A stretch of DNA of 32,000 nt from Dickeya dadantii NCPPB 898. GTDB taxonomy: Bacteria; Pseudomonadota; Gammaproteobacteria; Enterobacterales; Enterobacteriaceae. The notes below the pieces were generated by a model. It was not told where the DNA came from. It made no database searches and saw only the letters and a program-made list of their open reading frames with translations. Position numbers and translations under genes: made by a program. Positions within the stretch are counted from its first letter, which is position 1, and every line of letters starts with the position of its first letter. The DNA lies in contig NZ_CM001976.1 of assembly GCF_000406145.1 (NCBI RefSeq), forward strand, positions 1,177,263 to 1,209,262, in the 5' to 3' direction. Positions 9,832 to 20,182 of the stretch are shown here, in pieces.

Positions 9832-10455
9832 ATGTCATACAGTGGCGAACAAGAAAAACAGGCCCCTCACATGGCTTTGGTGCCGATGGTAGTTGAGCAG
9901 ACTTCGCGTGGGGAGCGTTCTTACGATATCTATTCTCGACTTCTGAAGGAACGCGTGATCTTTTTGACCGGTCAGGTCGAGGATCACATGGCTAACCTGA
10001 TTGTGGCGCAGATGCTGTTTCTGGAAGCCGAAAACCCTGAAAAAGATATCTACCTGTACATTAACTCTCCAGGGGGCGTGATTACCGCCGGCATGTCGAT
10101 TTACGACACCATGCAATTTATTAAACCGGACGTCAGCACCATCTGTATGGGGCAGGCGGCGTCGATGGGTGCTTTCCTGCTGACGGCGGGTACCAAGGGC
10201 AAGCGTTTCTGCCTGCCGAATTCCCGGGTGATGATCCATCAGCCGCTGGGCGGATTCCAGGGACAGGCGACGGATATCGAGATTCACGCCAAAGAGATCC
10301 TCAAGGTGAAGGCCCGGATGAACGAGTTGATGGCCAAACATACCGGTCAGCCTCTTGAAGTGATAGAAAACGACACGGAGCGTGACCGTTTCCTCTCTGC
10401 CGCCGAGGCAGTAGACTATGGGTTAGTGGATTCTGTACTTACCCATCGTGAATAA
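9832..10455 (+). CDS. clpP: ATP-dependent Clp protease proteolytic subunit
   Basis: 207-aa ORF, the same length as E. coli ClpP, with the catalytic-region motif [11 protein letters not shown]. Confidence 0.97.
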   Translation: MSYSGEQEKQAPHMALVPMVVEQTSRGERSYDIYSRLLKERVIFLTGQVEDHMANLIVAQMLFLEAENPEKDIYLYINSPGGVITAGMSIYDTMQFIKPDVSTICMGQAASMGAFLLTAGTKGKRFCLPNSRVMIHQPLGGFQGQATDIEIHAKEILKVKARMNELMAKHTGQPLEVIENDTERDRFLSAAEAVDYGLVDSVLTHRE

Positions 10456-10582
10456 TGCCATGGATGCGAAATAGCCAGATGACGCGGGTTGCCGGCCGTT
10501 ATGGTAGCAGGCTGGCGTTTGCTGTGGCGCGATTGCTATGTGGTTGGCCTGCGGGCAAGAGACTAGAGAAGAGGTTTAACTC

Positions 10583-11857
10583 ATGACAGATAAGCGCAAA
10601 GACGGTTCAGGAAAACTGCTGTACTGTTCTTTCTGCGGCAAAAGCCAACACGAGGTTCGTAAGCTGATCGCCGGGCCGTCAGTGTATATCTGCGATGAAT
10701 GTGTTGATTTGTGTAACGACATTATTCGCGAAGAAATCAAAGAGGTAGCGCCACACCGTGAGCGCAGTGCGTTGCCGACGCCACACGAAATCCGCCGTCA
10801 TCTGGACGATTATGTGATCGGTCAGGAGCAGGCGAAAAAGGTGCTGGCGGTTGCTGTCTACAACCACTACAAACGTCTGCGTAATGGCGACAGCAATAAT
10901 AGTATCGAACTGGGCAAAAGCAACATCCTGCTGATCGGTCCGACCGGTAGCGGGAAAACATTGCTGGCGGAAACGCTCGCTCGTTTCCTGGACGTGCCTT
11001 TCACTATGGCTGACGCCACCACGCTGACCGAAGCCGGCTACGTGGGCGAGGACGTTGAAAACATTATCCAGAAGCTGCTGCAGAAGTGTGACTACGACGT
11101 GCAGAAAGCGCAGCGCGGTATTGTCTACATCGATGAAATCGACAAGATTTCCCGTAAGTCCGATAACCCGTCCATCACCCGCGATGTATCCGGCGAAGGG
11201 GTGCAGCAGGCGTTGCTGAAGCTGATTGAAGGCACCATCGCCGCTGTTCCACCGCAGGGGGGGCGTAAGCACCCGCAGCAGGAGTTTCTGCAGGTGGATA
11301 CCTCCAAAATCCTGTTTATCTGTGGCGGCGCATTCGCCGGGTTGGACAAGGTTATTGAACAGCGTACCGATACTGGTCGCGGCATTGGTTTCAACGCCAC
11401 CGTGAAGGGCCTGTCCCAAAAGGCGACAGAGGGTGAACTGCTGAGCCAGGTGGAGCCGGGCGATTTGATCAAGTTTGGCCTTATCCCCGAGTTTATCGGT
11501 CGCTTGCCGGTGGTGGCGACGCTGAAAGAGCTGGATGAGGAAGCATTGATCCAGATCCTGCGCGAGCCGAAGAATGCGTTGACCAAACAGTATCAGGCGC
11601 TTTTCAAACTGGAAGGCGCGGAGCTGGAATTCCGTGACGAAGCGCTGACCGCCATTGCGAAGAAAGCTATGGCGCGTAAGACCGGCGCACGTGGTTTGCG
11701 TTCTATCGTAGAAGCGGCGCTGTTGGAAACCATGTACGACCTGCCTTCTCTGGAAAACGTGGATAAAGTGGTGATCGACGACTCTGTCATTTCGGGGCAA
11801 ACCGAGCCGCTGCTGATTTACGGCAAGCCTGAAGCACAGCAGGCATCTGGCGAATAA
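10583..11857 (+). CDS. clpX: ATP-dependent Clp protease ATP-binding subunit ClpX
   Basis: 424-aa ORF with an N-terminal zinc-binding CSFCGK...CDEC motif, a Walker A motif GPTGSGKT, and overall ClpX identity. Confidence 0.97.
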   Translation: MTDKRKDGSGKLLYCSFCGKSQHEVRKLIAGPSVYICDECVDLCNDIIREEIKEVAPHRERSALPTPHEIRRHLDDYVIGQEQAKKVLAVAVYNHYKRLRNGDSNNSIELGKSNILLIGPTGSGKTLLAETLARFLDVPFTMADATTLTEAGYVGEDVENIIQKLLQKCDYDVQKAQRGIVYIDEIDKISRKSDNPSITRDVSGEGVQQALLKLIEGTIAAVPPQGGRKHPQQEFLQVDTSKILFICGGAFAGLDKVIEQRTDTGRGIGFNATVKGLSQKATEGELLSQVEPGDLIKFGLIPEFIGRLPVVATLKELDEEALIQILREPKNALTKQYQALFKLEGAELEFRDEALTAIAKKAMARKTGARGLRSIVEAALLETMYDLPSLENVDKVVIDDSVISGQTEPLLIYGKPEAQQASGE

Positions 11858-11887
11858 TTAGCCTAAAAAACAACGGTAAACGATAAA

Positions 11888-11917
11888 ATGGGGGGTTTTA
11901 GCCCCCCATTTTTTTTT
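11888..11917 (+). terminator. Rho-independent terminator of clpX
   Basis: Stem ATGGGGGG / CCCCCCAT (11888..11909) followed by a T8 run. Confidence 0.85.
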
Positions 11918-11930
11918 ACATACGTTCAGT

Positions 11931-11960
11931 CGTTGAATGTGAGATATTTATCCCCATATA
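11931..11960 (+). promoter_or_regulatory. Sigma32 (heat-shock) promoter of lon
   Basis: CGTTGAATGTG, then 14 nt, then CCCCATATACT. This is nearly identical to the E. coli lon heat-shock promoter as I recall it (-35 GTTGAA, -10 CCCCATAT). Confidence 0.7.
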
Positions 11961-12045
11961 CTCGATTACCTATAGGCGAAACCCGTGATGCCCGCGTTTC
12001 ACGGATTCCCTTAACCTGGCGGAAACGAAACTAAGAGAGAGCTCT

Positions 12046-14409
12046 ATGAACCCTGAGCGTTCCGAACGCATAGAAATCCCCGTATTGCCGTTGCGCGATG
12101 TGGTGGTTTATCCGCACATGGTCATTCCGTTGTTTGTTGGTCGGGAGAAATCAATTCGGTGCCTTGAAGCGGCTATGGATCACGACAAAAAGATCATGCT
12201 GGTGGCACAGAAAGAAGCCTCAACGGATGAGCCTGGTGTTAACGATCTTTTCTCGGTAGGGACGGTCGCCTCTATTCTTCAAATGCTGAAACTGCCTGAT
12301 GGCACCGTGAAGGTGCTGGTGGAAGGCTTGCAGCGAGCGCGCATCACGACACTCTCTGATAGCGGAGAACATTTTGCGGCTCAGGCGGAATACCTGGAGT
12401 CGCCGGCAATTGAAGAGCGTGAGCAGGAAGTGCTCATGCGCACGGCCATCAATCAGTTTGAAGGCTACATCAAACTGAACAAGAAAATTCCCCCTGAAGT
12501 ATTAACGTCTCTTAACAGTATTGATGATGCGGCGCGTCTTGCCGATACCATTGCCGCGCATATGCCGCTGAAGCTGGCGGACAAGCAGTCCGTGCTGGAA
12601 ATGTCCGACGTGACCGAACGTCTGGAATACCTGATGGCGATGATGGAGTCCGAAATTGACCTGTTGCAGGTGGAAAAACGGATCCGTAGCCGCGTTAAAA
12701 AACAGATGGAAAAAAGCCAGCGCGAGTATTACCTGAATGAGCAGATGAAGGCCATTCAGAAAGAGCTGGGAGAAATGGATGATGCGCCTGACGAACAGGA
12801 AGCGCTGAAACGCAAGATCGAATCCGCCAGCATGCCGAAAGAGGCGCGCGAAAAAGCCGAAGCCGAGTTGCAGAAGCTGCGTATGATGTCGCCGATGTCG
12901 GCTGAAGCGACCGTGGTGCGCAGCTACATTGACTGGATGGTGCAGGTGCCGTGGCAGGCGCGCAGCAAAGTGAAGAAAGATCTGGTCAAAGCTCAGGAGA
13001 TGTTGGACAGCGATCACTATGGTCTGGAACGCGTCAAGGAACGCATCCTCGAATATCTGGCGGTGCAGAGCCGGGTCAGCAAGATCAGAGGGCCGATCCT
13101 GTGTCTGGTTGGGCCGCCGGGGGTGGGGAAAACCTCTCTGGGTCAGTCGATCGCCAAAGCTACCGGCCGTAAATATGTGCGTATGGCGCTGGGTGGCGTG
13201 CGTGACGAAGCGGAAATCCGCGGCCATCGCCGTACTTACATCGGTTCCATGCCGGGCAAGCTGATCCAGAAGATGGCGAAAGTGGGGGTGAAAAACCCGC
13301 TGTTCCTGTTGGACGAAATCGACAAGATGTCCTCCGATATGCGTGGCGACCCGGCTTCCGCTTTGCTGGAAGTGCTGGATCCGGAACAGAACGTGGCGTT
13401 TAACGATCACTATCTGGAAGTGGATTATGATCTGTCCGACGTCATGTTTGTGGCGACGTCCAACTCCATGAATATTCCGGCACCGCTGCTGGATCGTATG
13501 GAAGTGATTCGTCTGTCCGGTTATACCGAGGATGAAAAACTCAATATCGCCCGCCAGCATTTGCTGCCGAAGCAGATTGAGCGCAACGCCCTGAAAAAAG
13601 GCGAGCTGACGGTCGAAGACAGCGCCATTATCGGCATCATTCGCTATTACACCCGCGAAGCCGGGGTGCGTAGTCTGGAGCGCGAAATCTCCAAACTGTG
13701 CCGTAAGGCGGTAAAATCGCTGATGATGGACAAAGCTCTCAAGCATATCCAGATCACCGGCGACAACCTGAAGGAATATCTCGGCGTTCAACGCTACGAT
13801 TACGGCCGTGCGGACGAAGAGAACCGCGTGGGCCAGGTAACGGGTCTTGCCTGGACGGAAGTCGGCGGCGACCTGCTGACCATTGAAACCGCCAGCGTTC
13901 CGGGCAAAGGCAAGCTGACCTATACCGGTTCGCTGGGCGAAGTCATGCAGGAGTCGATTCAGGCTGCGTTGACCGTAGTCCGCGCCAGAGCCGAAAAGTT
14001 GGGGATCAATTCCGACTTTTATGAAAAACGCGATATCCATGTGCATGTACCGGAAGGCGCGACGCCGAAAGATGGCCCGAGCGCCGGTATCGCCATGTGT
14101 ACGGCATTGGTATCCTGCCTGACCGGCAACCCGGTGCGCGCCGACGTGGCGATGACCGGTGAAATTACCCTGCGCGGGCTGGTGTTGCCGATAGGCGGGT
14201 TAAAAGAAAAACTGCTGGCCGCACATCGTGGCGGGATCAAGACCGTGCTGATTCCGGAAGAGAATAAGCGTGATCTGGAAGAAATTCCGCAGAATGTGAT
14301 CGCCGATCTGGAGATTCATCCGGTCAAGCGTATTGAGGAAGTGCTCACTATTGCTTTGCAGAACTCGCCTTATGGCATGGATGTGGTGAAGTCGGTAGCC
14401 AAAAAATAG
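12046..14409 (+). CDS. lon: ATP-dependent Lon protease
   Basis: 787-aa ORF beginning [37 protein letters not shown], with a Walker A motif GPPGVGKTS and the catalytic-Ser region [10 protein letters not shown]. Confidence 0.97.
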   Translation: MNPERSERIEIPVLPLRDVVVYPHMVIPLFVGREKSIRCLEAAMDHDKKIMLVAQKEASTDEPGVNDLFSVGTVASILQMLKLPDGTVKVLVEGLQRARITTLSDSGEHFAAQAEYLESPAIEEREQEVLMRTAINQFEGYIKLNKKIPPEVLTSLNSIDDAARLADTIAAHMPLKLADKQSVLEMSDVTERLEYLMAMMESEIDLLQVEKRIRSRVKKQMEKSQREYYLNEQMKAIQKELGEMDDAPDEQEALKRKIESASMPKEAREKAEAELQKLRMMSPMSAEATVVRSYIDWMVQVPWQARSKVKKDLVKAQEMLDSDHYGLERVKERILEYLAVQSRVSKIRGPILCLVGPPGVGKTSLGQSIAKATGRKYVRMALGGVRDEAEIRGHRRTYIGSMPGKLIQKMAKVGVKNPLFLLDEIDKMSSDMRGDPASALLEVLDPEQNVAFNDHYLEVDYDLSDVMFVATSNSMNIPAPLLDRMEVIRLSGYTEDEKLNIARQHLLPKQIERNALKKGELTVEDSAIIGIIRYYTREAGVRSLEREISKLCRKAVKSLMMDKALKHIQITGDNLKEYLGVQRYDYGRADEENRVGQVTGLAWTEVGGDLLTIETASVPGKGKLTYTGSLGEVMQESIQAALTVVRARAEKLGINSDFYEKRDIHVHVPEGATPKDGPSAGIAMCTALVSCLTGNPVRADVAMTGEITLRGLVLPIGGLKEKLLAAHRGGIKTVLIPEENKRDLEEIPQNVIADLEIHPVKRIEEVLTIALQNSPYGMDVVKSVAKK

Positions 14410-14441
14410 TGACCTATCGCAAAAACCACTGAGAAAATAAA

Positions 14442-14477
14442 GGCTGGTAAGTAAAATGATGCTTGCCAGCCTTTTTT
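14442..14477 (+). terminator. Rho-independent terminator of lon
   Basis: Stem GGCTGGTAAG / CTTGCCAGCC followed by TTTTTT. Confidence 0.8.
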
Positions 14478-14603
14478 CGTGCCGCTAAGTTAGAGCACTG
14501 TTGAGCCTGCTGGCAGATAACCTGCGGCTTGACTGAATTCATAAAGCTACGTGTTGCGCTGGACGCTCTGGCGTAATAACAGTATTTCAGAGGGGATGAG
14601 AGT

Positions 14604-14876
14604 GTGAACAAGTCACAATTGATCGACAAAATTGCCGCAGATGCTGATATTTCCAAAGCGGCAGCAGGGCGTGTGTTGGATGCAATTATTGGGTCTGTTA
14701 CTGAATCTCTGAAAGCAGGGGATGACGTTGCTTTAGTCGGTTTTGGTACGTTCTCCGTGCGTGAGCGTGCAGCACGCACCGGTCGTAATCCGCAAACCGG
14801 GAAAGAAATCAGTATTCCGGCCGCTAAAGTGCCGGGTTTCCGTGCTGGCAAAGCACTGAAAGACTCAGTGAATTGA
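14604..14876 (+). CDS. hupB: Nucleoid protein HU beta subunit
   Basis: 90-aa ORF with a GTG start ([37 protein letters not shown]...), near-identical to E. coli HupB. Confidence 0.95.
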   Translation: MNKSQLIDKIAADADISKAAAGRVLDAIIGSVTESLKAGDDVALVGFGTFSVRERAARTGRNPQTGKEISIPAAKVPGFRAGKALKDSVN

Positions 14877-14960
14877 TGATATAAGTAGCAAAATCTGAGG
14901 TGGGACGGTTTTCCAGTCCAAACAACTACCTGACTCAGCGTGATGGGTAGGGTAAGATAT

Positions 14961-14992
14961 AAGGCGCATCATGGTATGATGTGCCTTTTTTT
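14961..14992 (+). terminator. Rho-independent terminator of hupB
   Basis: Stem AAGGCGCATCAT / ATGATGTGCCTT followed by a T7 run. Confidence 0.8.
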
Positions 14993-15132
14993 ACAGGTCA
15001 TTAAGATTACTGTTATCAGGCAAATACTTGAGTGCGCCCTAGCCGAGTGCGGCTATAGCAATAGCAGGGAGGCATGGCTACGGCCTGCGCAGGGGAAGTG
15101 TTATCCATTCTACAGCGGAGTGTTGTCACATT

Positions 15133-17013
15133 ATGATGGACAATTTACGCGCGGCCGCTAATAACGTCGTGCTGAAAATTATTCTTGCCTTGATTATTGG
15201 TTCATTCGTGTTGACCGGCGTGGGGGACTACCTGATACGAGGTTCAGGTGACTACGCGGCCAAGGTGAATGGGCAGGAAATTACCCGGGCTCAGCTTGAG
15301 CAGGGCGTACAGAACGAACGCAGTCGTCAGCAGGAGATGCTGGGAGAAAACTTCTCCGCGCTGGCCGCCAACGAGGGGTATATGCAGCAGTTGCGCAAGC
15401 AGGTGCTGTCACAGCTGATTGATGAAACGCTGGTTGTGCAGTATGCCCACACCCTGGGGCTGAATATCAGCGACGAGCAGGTCAAGCAGGCGATTTTCTC
15501 CGTGCCTGAATTCCAGACCAACAACCGTTTCGATAATGATAAATACCTGGCGCAGGTGCGTCAGCTGGGGCTGACGCCGGATGCTTACGCGCAGTTCCTG
15601 CGCAAGCAGCTGTTAACCCAGCAGTTGATTCGCGGGTTGGGCAATACTGATTTCGTATTGCAGCAGGAGCTCGATAACCTGGTGGCGATGGCATCGCAGG
15701 ATCGCACCATTCGCACGGCGACTATCGATCTGAGCGCCCGTGCCAGGAACCAGACGGTTTCTGACGAGGAAGTGAAAAACTTCTACGATCAGAACAAGAA
15801 CCGTTATCTGGCGCCTGAGCAGTTCAAAGTCAGCTATATCATGCTGGATGCGGCTTCCATCATGGATAAAACCAAAGTGGATAACGCTGATATCGCGGCG
15901 TATTACGAGCAGCATAAGAGCGAGTTCACCCAGCCGGAACGTAAAAAGTACAGCGTCATTCAGTTGAAAACCGAAGCCGATGCCAAGGCCGCGTTGGAGC
16001 AGTTGAAGAAAGGCGCTGATTTTGCCGCGCTGGCTAAAGAAAAATCCACTGACATCGTTTCCCGTCGCAATGGCGGTGACCTGGGCTGGATGGATGACGG
16101 ATCCACCGTGGATGAAATCAAACAGGCCGGTCTGAAGCAGAAAGGCCAATTGTCTGACGTTATCAAATCCTCGGTAGGTTACCTGATTATCCGTCTGGAT
16201 GACATTCAGGCGCAGCACGTCAAGGCGCTGGACGAAGTTCGTGCCGATTTGGCGGAGAAGGTAAAACGCGAGAAATCACTGGATGCGTTCTATTCTCTGC
16301 AGCAGAAGATCAGCGAAGCCGCCAGCAATGATAACGAGTCGCTGGCTTCCGCTGAGAAGGTCGCCAACATCAAAGCGGTTCAAACCGACTGGTTCACGCG
16401 TGACAATGTGCCGGCTGCACTGAACTTCCAGCCGGTCACTCAGGCGATTTTCGGTGGTTCGCTGGTCGGTGAGAATGGCACGCCGGGTAATAACTCGGAT
16501 GTGATCAGCGTTGAAGGCGACCGGGCGTTTGTATTGCGCGTGACCGAGCATAAACCGGAAACGACCCAGCCGCTGGATCAGGTGCGTGAGCAGGTGGTTC
16601 AGACGCTGAAGCGCCAGAAAGCCGAGCAGCAGGCCAAAGTTGAAGCTGAGAAGATTCTGGCTGATCTTTATCAGGGGAAAACCGACAGCATGACAGCCGC
16701 TGGCCTGAGCTTTGGCGCCGCGAAAGAGATGTCCTCGACCGGGCAGACCGATGTGCTGGCGGAAACCGTGTTTGCGATGCAGCAACCGAAGAAAGACAAG
16801 CCTTCTTACGCGGTGGCTCAGGATCAGGCCGGCAATGTGGTGTTGATCGCGCTGGACGCAGTGAAGCCGCATGTCTTGTCGGATGACCAGAAAAAACAGT
16901 TTGGCGCCCAACTGGAACAGAGTTCTGTCGGCGCGCTGTTTGATACCCTGCTGACGAGCCTGCGTAGCCAGGCGAAAATCAAGTACGGTAGCGCGGCACA
17001 AGAAGTGCAATAA
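15133..17013 (+). CDS. ppiD: Periplasmic, inner-membrane-anchored chaperone and PPIase PpiD
   Basis: 626-aa ORF beginning MMDNLRAAANNVVLKIILALIIGSFVLTGV, colinear with E. coli PpiD (623 aa). Confidence 0.95.
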   Translation: MMDNLRAAANNVVLKIILALIIGSFVLTGVGDYLIRGSGDYAAKVNGQEITRAQLEQGVQNERSRQQEMLGENFSALAANEGYMQQLRKQVLSQLIDETLVVQYAHTLGLNISDEQVKQAIFSVPEFQTNNRFDNDKYLAQVRQLGLTPDAYAQFLRKQLLTQQLIRGLGNTDFVLQQELDNLVAMASQDRTIRTATIDLSARARNQTVSDEEVKNFYDQNKNRYLAPEQFKVSYIMLDAASIMDKTKVDNADIAAYYEQHKSEFTQPERKKYSVIQLKTEADAKAALEQLKKGADFAALAKEKSTDIVSRRNGGDLGWMDDGSTVDEIKQAGLKQKGQLSDVIKSSVGYLIIRLDDIQAQHVKALDEVRADLAEKVKREKSLDAFYSLQQKISEAASNDNESLASAEKVANIKAVQTDWFTRDNVPAALNFQPVTQAIFGGSLVGENGTPGNNSDVISVEGDRAFVLRVTEHKPETTQPLDQVREQVVQTLKRQKAEQQAKVEAEKILADLYQGKTDSMTAAGLSFGAAKEMSSTGQTDVLAETVFAMQQPKKDKPSYAVAQDQAGNVVLIALDAVKPHVLSDDQKKQFGAQLEQSSVGALFDTLLTSLRSQAKIKYGSAAQEVQ

Positions 17014-17047
17014 GCCTCGCAGAATTCTGCAAATCACTGCAACATCC

Positions 17048-17071
17048 AAAGGCCGCTTTCGCGGCCTTTTC
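17048..17071 (+). terminator. Rho-independent terminator of ppiD
   Basis: AAAGGCCGC-TTTC-GCGGCCTTTT. Confidence 0.75.
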
Positions 17072-17151
17072 CACATTTTCAGTTTGCTGTTTGCCGTGTT
17101 TTGAACGCTCGGGCATTGTGACCGTGCTGTCAAACACAAGGAGGAAGCAGC

Positions 17152-17526
17152 ATGAAAAAATCAGGAATCAAAGCGTTATGTCTGATTGTGGGGATGAGTT
17201 TCGCCGGAGTATCAACATGGCTTCATGCTTCGCCGGCTGCAACGACGCCGGATAAAACCGGGGTTGCTGTGGTGAAGTCCGCTTCGCCGGAGCAGAAGCC
17301 TGAAAAGGCGGCCAAGGCGGCGACAGATGAAGAAGAAGTGAGTATTAACACCGCAACGGCGGAACAACTGGCCGCGGCGCTCAATGGGGTGGGGCTGAAA
17401 AAGGCGCAGGCGATAGTGTCCTATCGTGAACAAAATGGGCCGTTTACCCAGATTGAACAACTGCAGGAAGTGCCGGGAATTGGCAATGCGCTGATCGAAC
17501 GTAACCAGTCCCGCTTGCGTCTGTAA
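17152..17526 (+). CDS. ybaV: ComEA-like helix-hairpin-helix DNA-binding protein (YbaV)
   Basis: 124-aa ORF with a signal peptide and a C-terminal SINTATAEQLAAALNGVGLKKAQAIVSYREQNGPF helix-hairpin-helix region matching E. coli YbaV, in the same position after ppiD. Confidence 0.8.
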   Translation: MKKSGIKALCLIVGMSFAGVSTWLHASPAATTPDKTGVAVVKSASPEQKPEKAAKAATDEEEVSINTATAEQLAAALNGVGLKKAQAIVSYREQNGPFTQIEQLQEVPGIGNALIERNQSRLRL

Positions 17527-17600
17527 ACCGATTCATTCTCGGGGATACTGACAAGTGCGCCTGTTCCCCGTCAGTGGCAAAAAGCGAATGTGAAAGGTCA

Positions 17601-17630
17601 GTACCAGGCAAGCGTTGGCTTGTCTGGTAC
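17601..17630. terminator. 13-bp stem-loop between convergent ybaV and queC; candidate terminator
   Basis: GTACCAGGCAAGC-GTTG-GCTTGTCTGGTAC with one G-U pair, lying between the two convergent stop codons. There is no strong U-tract on either strand. Confidence 0.4.
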
Positions 17631-17639
17631 CCGCTACTT

Positions 17640-18335
17640 TCATTTCAGACCGGTTTTGTGCTTCAGGGAAGCCATCACGGCCGATGGATTATGCTGGTAT
17701 TCCGCCAGCCCTTTTGCCCGCAGGTGGCATGCGGCACACTGCCCGCACCCGGTTCCTTTAATGCCGTTGTAGCAAGTGAGCGTATGGTTTTTAACGGTAT
17801 CAAGCTGTTGATAATAGTCCGCCAGCGCCCAGGTTTCCGCCTTGTTGAGCCACATCAGCGGTGTGACAAAGCGAATGTCTCTTGCCAGACCCCGCGTTAT
17901 CGCCTGATTCAACGCCTTGACGAATTCGTCCCGGCAGTCGGGATAGCCGGAAAAGTCGGTTTCGCAGACGCCGGTAATGACGGTGTCAGCTCCCACCTGA
18001 TAGGCGTAAATCGAGGCCAGAGTCAGAAAAAGAATATTTCGACCGGGAACAAAGGTACTGGGCAACCCGTCGGCATTGGCATCAAATTCGGGGACCGGGA
18101 TATTGTCACGGGTCAGACTACTGACCGCCAGCTCGTTGAGCAAACCGACATTCAGCACCTTGTGCGCTCGGGCTCCCAACGTTTGCGCCAGTTCCGCGGC
18201 GACGTCGATTTCAGCACGATGGCGTTGCCCGTAATCAAATGTGACGCAATGGACTTCATCATACTGCTGCAGGGCCTGTATCAGGCAGGTGGTGGAATCC
18301 TGGCCACCGCTGAAAACTACAACTGCGCTTGTCAT
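17640..18335 (-). CDS. queC: 7-cyano-7-deazaguanine (preQ0) synthase
   Basis: 231-aa ORF ([42 protein letters not shown]... and C-terminal CGQCAAC), the same length as and colinear with E. coli QueC. Confidence 0.93.
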   Translation of the reverse strand: MTSAVVVFSGGQDSTTCLIQALQQYDEVHCVTFDYGQRHRAEIDVAAELAQTLGARAHKVLNVGLLNELAVSSLTRDNIPVPEFDANADGLPSTFVPGRNILFLTLASIYAYQVGADTVITGVCETDFSGYPDCRDEFVKALNQAITRGLARDIRFVTPLMWLNKAETWALADYYQQLDTVKNHTLTCYNGIKGTGCGQCAACHLRAKGLAEYQHNPSAVMASLKHKTGLK

Positions 18336-18461
18336 TCTCGTTCACCCTCATGCGTGGGAGCCGCCAGGCGGCCGCTATCCGTCAAACATATTCTGGCGGT
18401 TATGGTACCTGAAATCCTGGCGCAGTTCAGCGTAAGGGCAACGCGGCCTCCCGGAATGCCA

Positions 18462-19514
18462 TCAGGGAACTCGATATCCTTCAGTCAGTTGCTGAAGATA
18501 AGGGGTAATATCGCCAATCTGGGTACGTACCCAATCCTGATTGTAGTAAGTGTCGAGATAACGTTCGCCGCTGTCGCACAGCAGCGTGACGATCGCGCCG
18601 CGACGCCCTTCCGCCACCATCTGCCCGGCCAGTTGCAGCATCCCCCAGACATTAGTGCCGGTGGACGGGCCGACCTTGCGTCCCAGAATTTGCTCCAGCC
18701 AGTAAAGGGTGGCGATGCTGGCGGCGTCGGGCACTTTCATCATGTCGTCGATAACGCCGGGGATAAACGAGGGTTCGGCGCGCGGGCGGCCAATTCCTTC
18801 GATACGGCTGCTGCATTTCCCGGTGAGTGTACGATCTTGCTGGCGATAGCAGTCGTAGAACACCGAATTTTCTGGATCTACCACCACCAGTTGCGTATCC
18901 AGACCTTTATAGCGGATGTAACGCCCCAGCGTGGCGGACGTCCCGCCCGTGCCGGCGCTCATCACCAGATAGTCCGGCACCGGGAATGGTTCGCGCTCCA
19001 TTTGCCGGTAGATGCTGTCTGCGATGTTGTTGTTGCCGCGCCAATCGGTGGCGCGTTCGGCGTAAGTAAACTGATCCATGTAGTGGCCGTGCAGTTCTTT
19101 GGCCAGCGCTTCGGAGGCGGCGTAAATCTGGCCGGATTGTTCAACGAAATGGCAATTCCCGCCATAGAACGTGATCTGTTCGATTTTCCGTCTGGCGGTA
19201 CAGGCAGGCATCACGGCAATAAACGGCAGCCCCAGCAAACGGGCGAAATAGGCTTCCGACACGGCGGTACTGCCGGACGAGGCTTCAATAATCGGCGTGC
19301 CTTCGTTAATCCAACCGTTGCACAGACCGTACAGAAACAGCGAGCGGGCAAGGCGATGTTTCAGGCTGCCGCTCGGATGCGTGCTTTCATCTTTGAGATA
19401 AAAGTAGATGCCGGGGTAGCCCGGCAAGGTCAGGCGAATCAGGTGAGTGTCTGCCGAGCGTTGAAAATCGGCTTCAATCGCGCTGACGGCGTCGCGTACC
19501 CAGGTGCTGGTCAT
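18462..19514 (-). CDS. cdsH: PLP-dependent cysteine synthase/CBS-family enzyme, probable cysteine desulfhydrase (CdsH-like)
   Basis: 350-aa ORF with a fold-type II PLP signature (HPSGSLKHR with the lysine; [13 protein letters not shown]; SAGTGGT). It is divergent from a ybaO/decR-type Lrp regulator, the arrangement described for Salmonella cdsH (STM0458) and cutR. The symbol rests on family plus synteny, not on a search. Confidence 0.65.
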   Translation of the reverse strand: MTSTWVRDAVSAIEADFQRSADTHLIRLTLPGYPGIYFYLKDESTHPSGSLKHRLARSLFLYGLCNGWINEGTPIIEASSGSTAVSEAYFARLLGLPFIAVMPACTARRKIEQITFYGGNCHFVEQSGQIYAASEALAKELHGHYMDQFTYAERATDWRGNNNIADSIYRQMEREPFPVPDYLVMSAGTGGTSATLGRYIRYKGLDTQLVVVDPENSVFYDCYRQQDRTLTGKCSSRIEGIGRPRAEPSFIPGVIDDMMKVPDAASIATLYWLEQILGRKVGPSTGTNVWGMLQLAGQMVAEGRRGAIVTLLCDSGERYLDTYYNQDWVRTQIGDITPYLQQLTEGYRVP

Positions 19515-19616
19515 GTGTGATGTTGTCCTGCTGAATAAGAGTTATGTTTTCAAATTTAGCGTATCGGTTTTCGCAGAAAAAAAGATTGCCTTTTTGTTTG
19601 TAAAAAGGAGTAATGG

Positions 19617-19631
19617 GAGAAAATTTTTCTC
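19617..19631. promoter_or_regulatory. Lrp-family operator candidate (palindrome GAGAAAA-T-TTTTCTC)
   Basis: A perfect 7-bp inverted repeat matching 13 of 15 positions of the E. coli Lrp consensus YAGHAWATTWTDCTR. It lies in the 129-bp divergent spacer, 13 nt upstream of the regulator's ATG. Confidence 0.45.
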
Positions 19632-19643
19632 TTTTATATCGTC

Positions 19644-20105
19644 ATGCTGGATAAAACTGATCGTATGTTGCTGTCATTGCTACAGCAGGATTGTACTCTA
19701 TCGTTACAGGCGCTGGCCGAGGCGGTGAACCTGACGTCCACCCCTTGCTGGAAACGGCTAAAGCGACTGGAGGATGACGGGTACATTAAGTCCCGCGTCG
19801 CTTTGCTGGATAACGAAAAACTGGGATTGGGGCTGACGGCATTTGTACTATTGAAAACCCAACAGCACAACAGCGCCTGGTACCAGGAGTTTTCCCATTT
19901 CGTCTCCGATATGCCCGAAGTGCTGGCGTTTTACCGCATGGCGGGAGAATACGACTATCTGATGCAGGTTCAGGTGGCGGATATGAAAAGCTATGACGCA
20001 TTTTACAAACGGCTGGTCAATGGCATTCCGGGGTTAGTTGATGTCACGTCCAGTTTCGCTATGGAATGCATGAAACAGACAACGGCTTTGCCTTTGCAGG
20101 TATAA
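19644..20105 (+). CDS. decR: Lrp/AsnC-family transcriptional regulator (YbaO, also named DecR, CutR or CyuR)
   Basis: 153-aa ORF beginning [46 protein letters not shown], colinear with E. coli YbaO. It lies upstream of mdlA as in E. coli. Confidence 0.85.
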   Translation: MLDKTDRMLLSLLQQDCTLSLQALAEAVNLTSTPCWKRLKRLEDDGYIKSRVALLDNEKLGLGLTAFVLLKTQQHNSAWYQEFSHFVSDMPEVLAFYRMAGEYDYLMQVQVADMKSYDAFYKRLVNGIPGLVDVTSSFAMECMKQTTALPLQV

Positions 20106-20182
20106 AATTTATTCGCCATACACTTTATGTATAATAATTTGTTTACTGCATCATAATTCTGTAGCTAATGGACTGAAATCGC

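Noticed and set aside
12502-14046. 514-aa minus-strand ORF antisense to lon, and similar long antisense ORFs at 10679..11800 (clpX), 1624..2547 (cyoB), 16276..17139 (ppiD), 8135..8791 (tig), 22863..23540 (mdlB) and 25026..25679 (amtB)
   Set aside because: I checked 12502..14046, 10679..11800, 1624..2547 and 16276..17139, and each is in the codon-register antisense frame of a strongly recognisable gene. That is the same TTA/CTA/TCA-avoidance artefact. None has family resemblance or translation signals.
14940-15161. 73-aa + strand ORF in the hupB-ppiD spacer
   Set aside because: It runs straight through the hupB terminator hairpin and into the ppiD start, so it is not plausible as a gene.
17527-17600. 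GGGGA..CTGAC..TCCCC..GTCAG arrangement after ybaV, considered as a terminator hairpin
   Set aside because: The complementary segments are in the order 1-2-1'-2' rather than nested, so they cannot form a simple stem-loop. The cleaner 13-bp stem at 17601..17630 is reported instead.
17574-19520. 648-aa + strand ORF spanning the antisense of queC, the 126-bp spacer and the antisense of the cdsH-like gene; at first sight a large unannotated protein
   Set aside because: Its triplets are exactly in register with the codons of both minus-strand genes (all triplets start at positions divisible by 3). A stop in this frame would therefore require the sense codons TTA, CTA or TCA, which these genes avoid. 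The translated product is low-complexity, rich in G, A, R, V and Q, and has no recognisable domain. Both opposite-strand genes match conserved families end to end.
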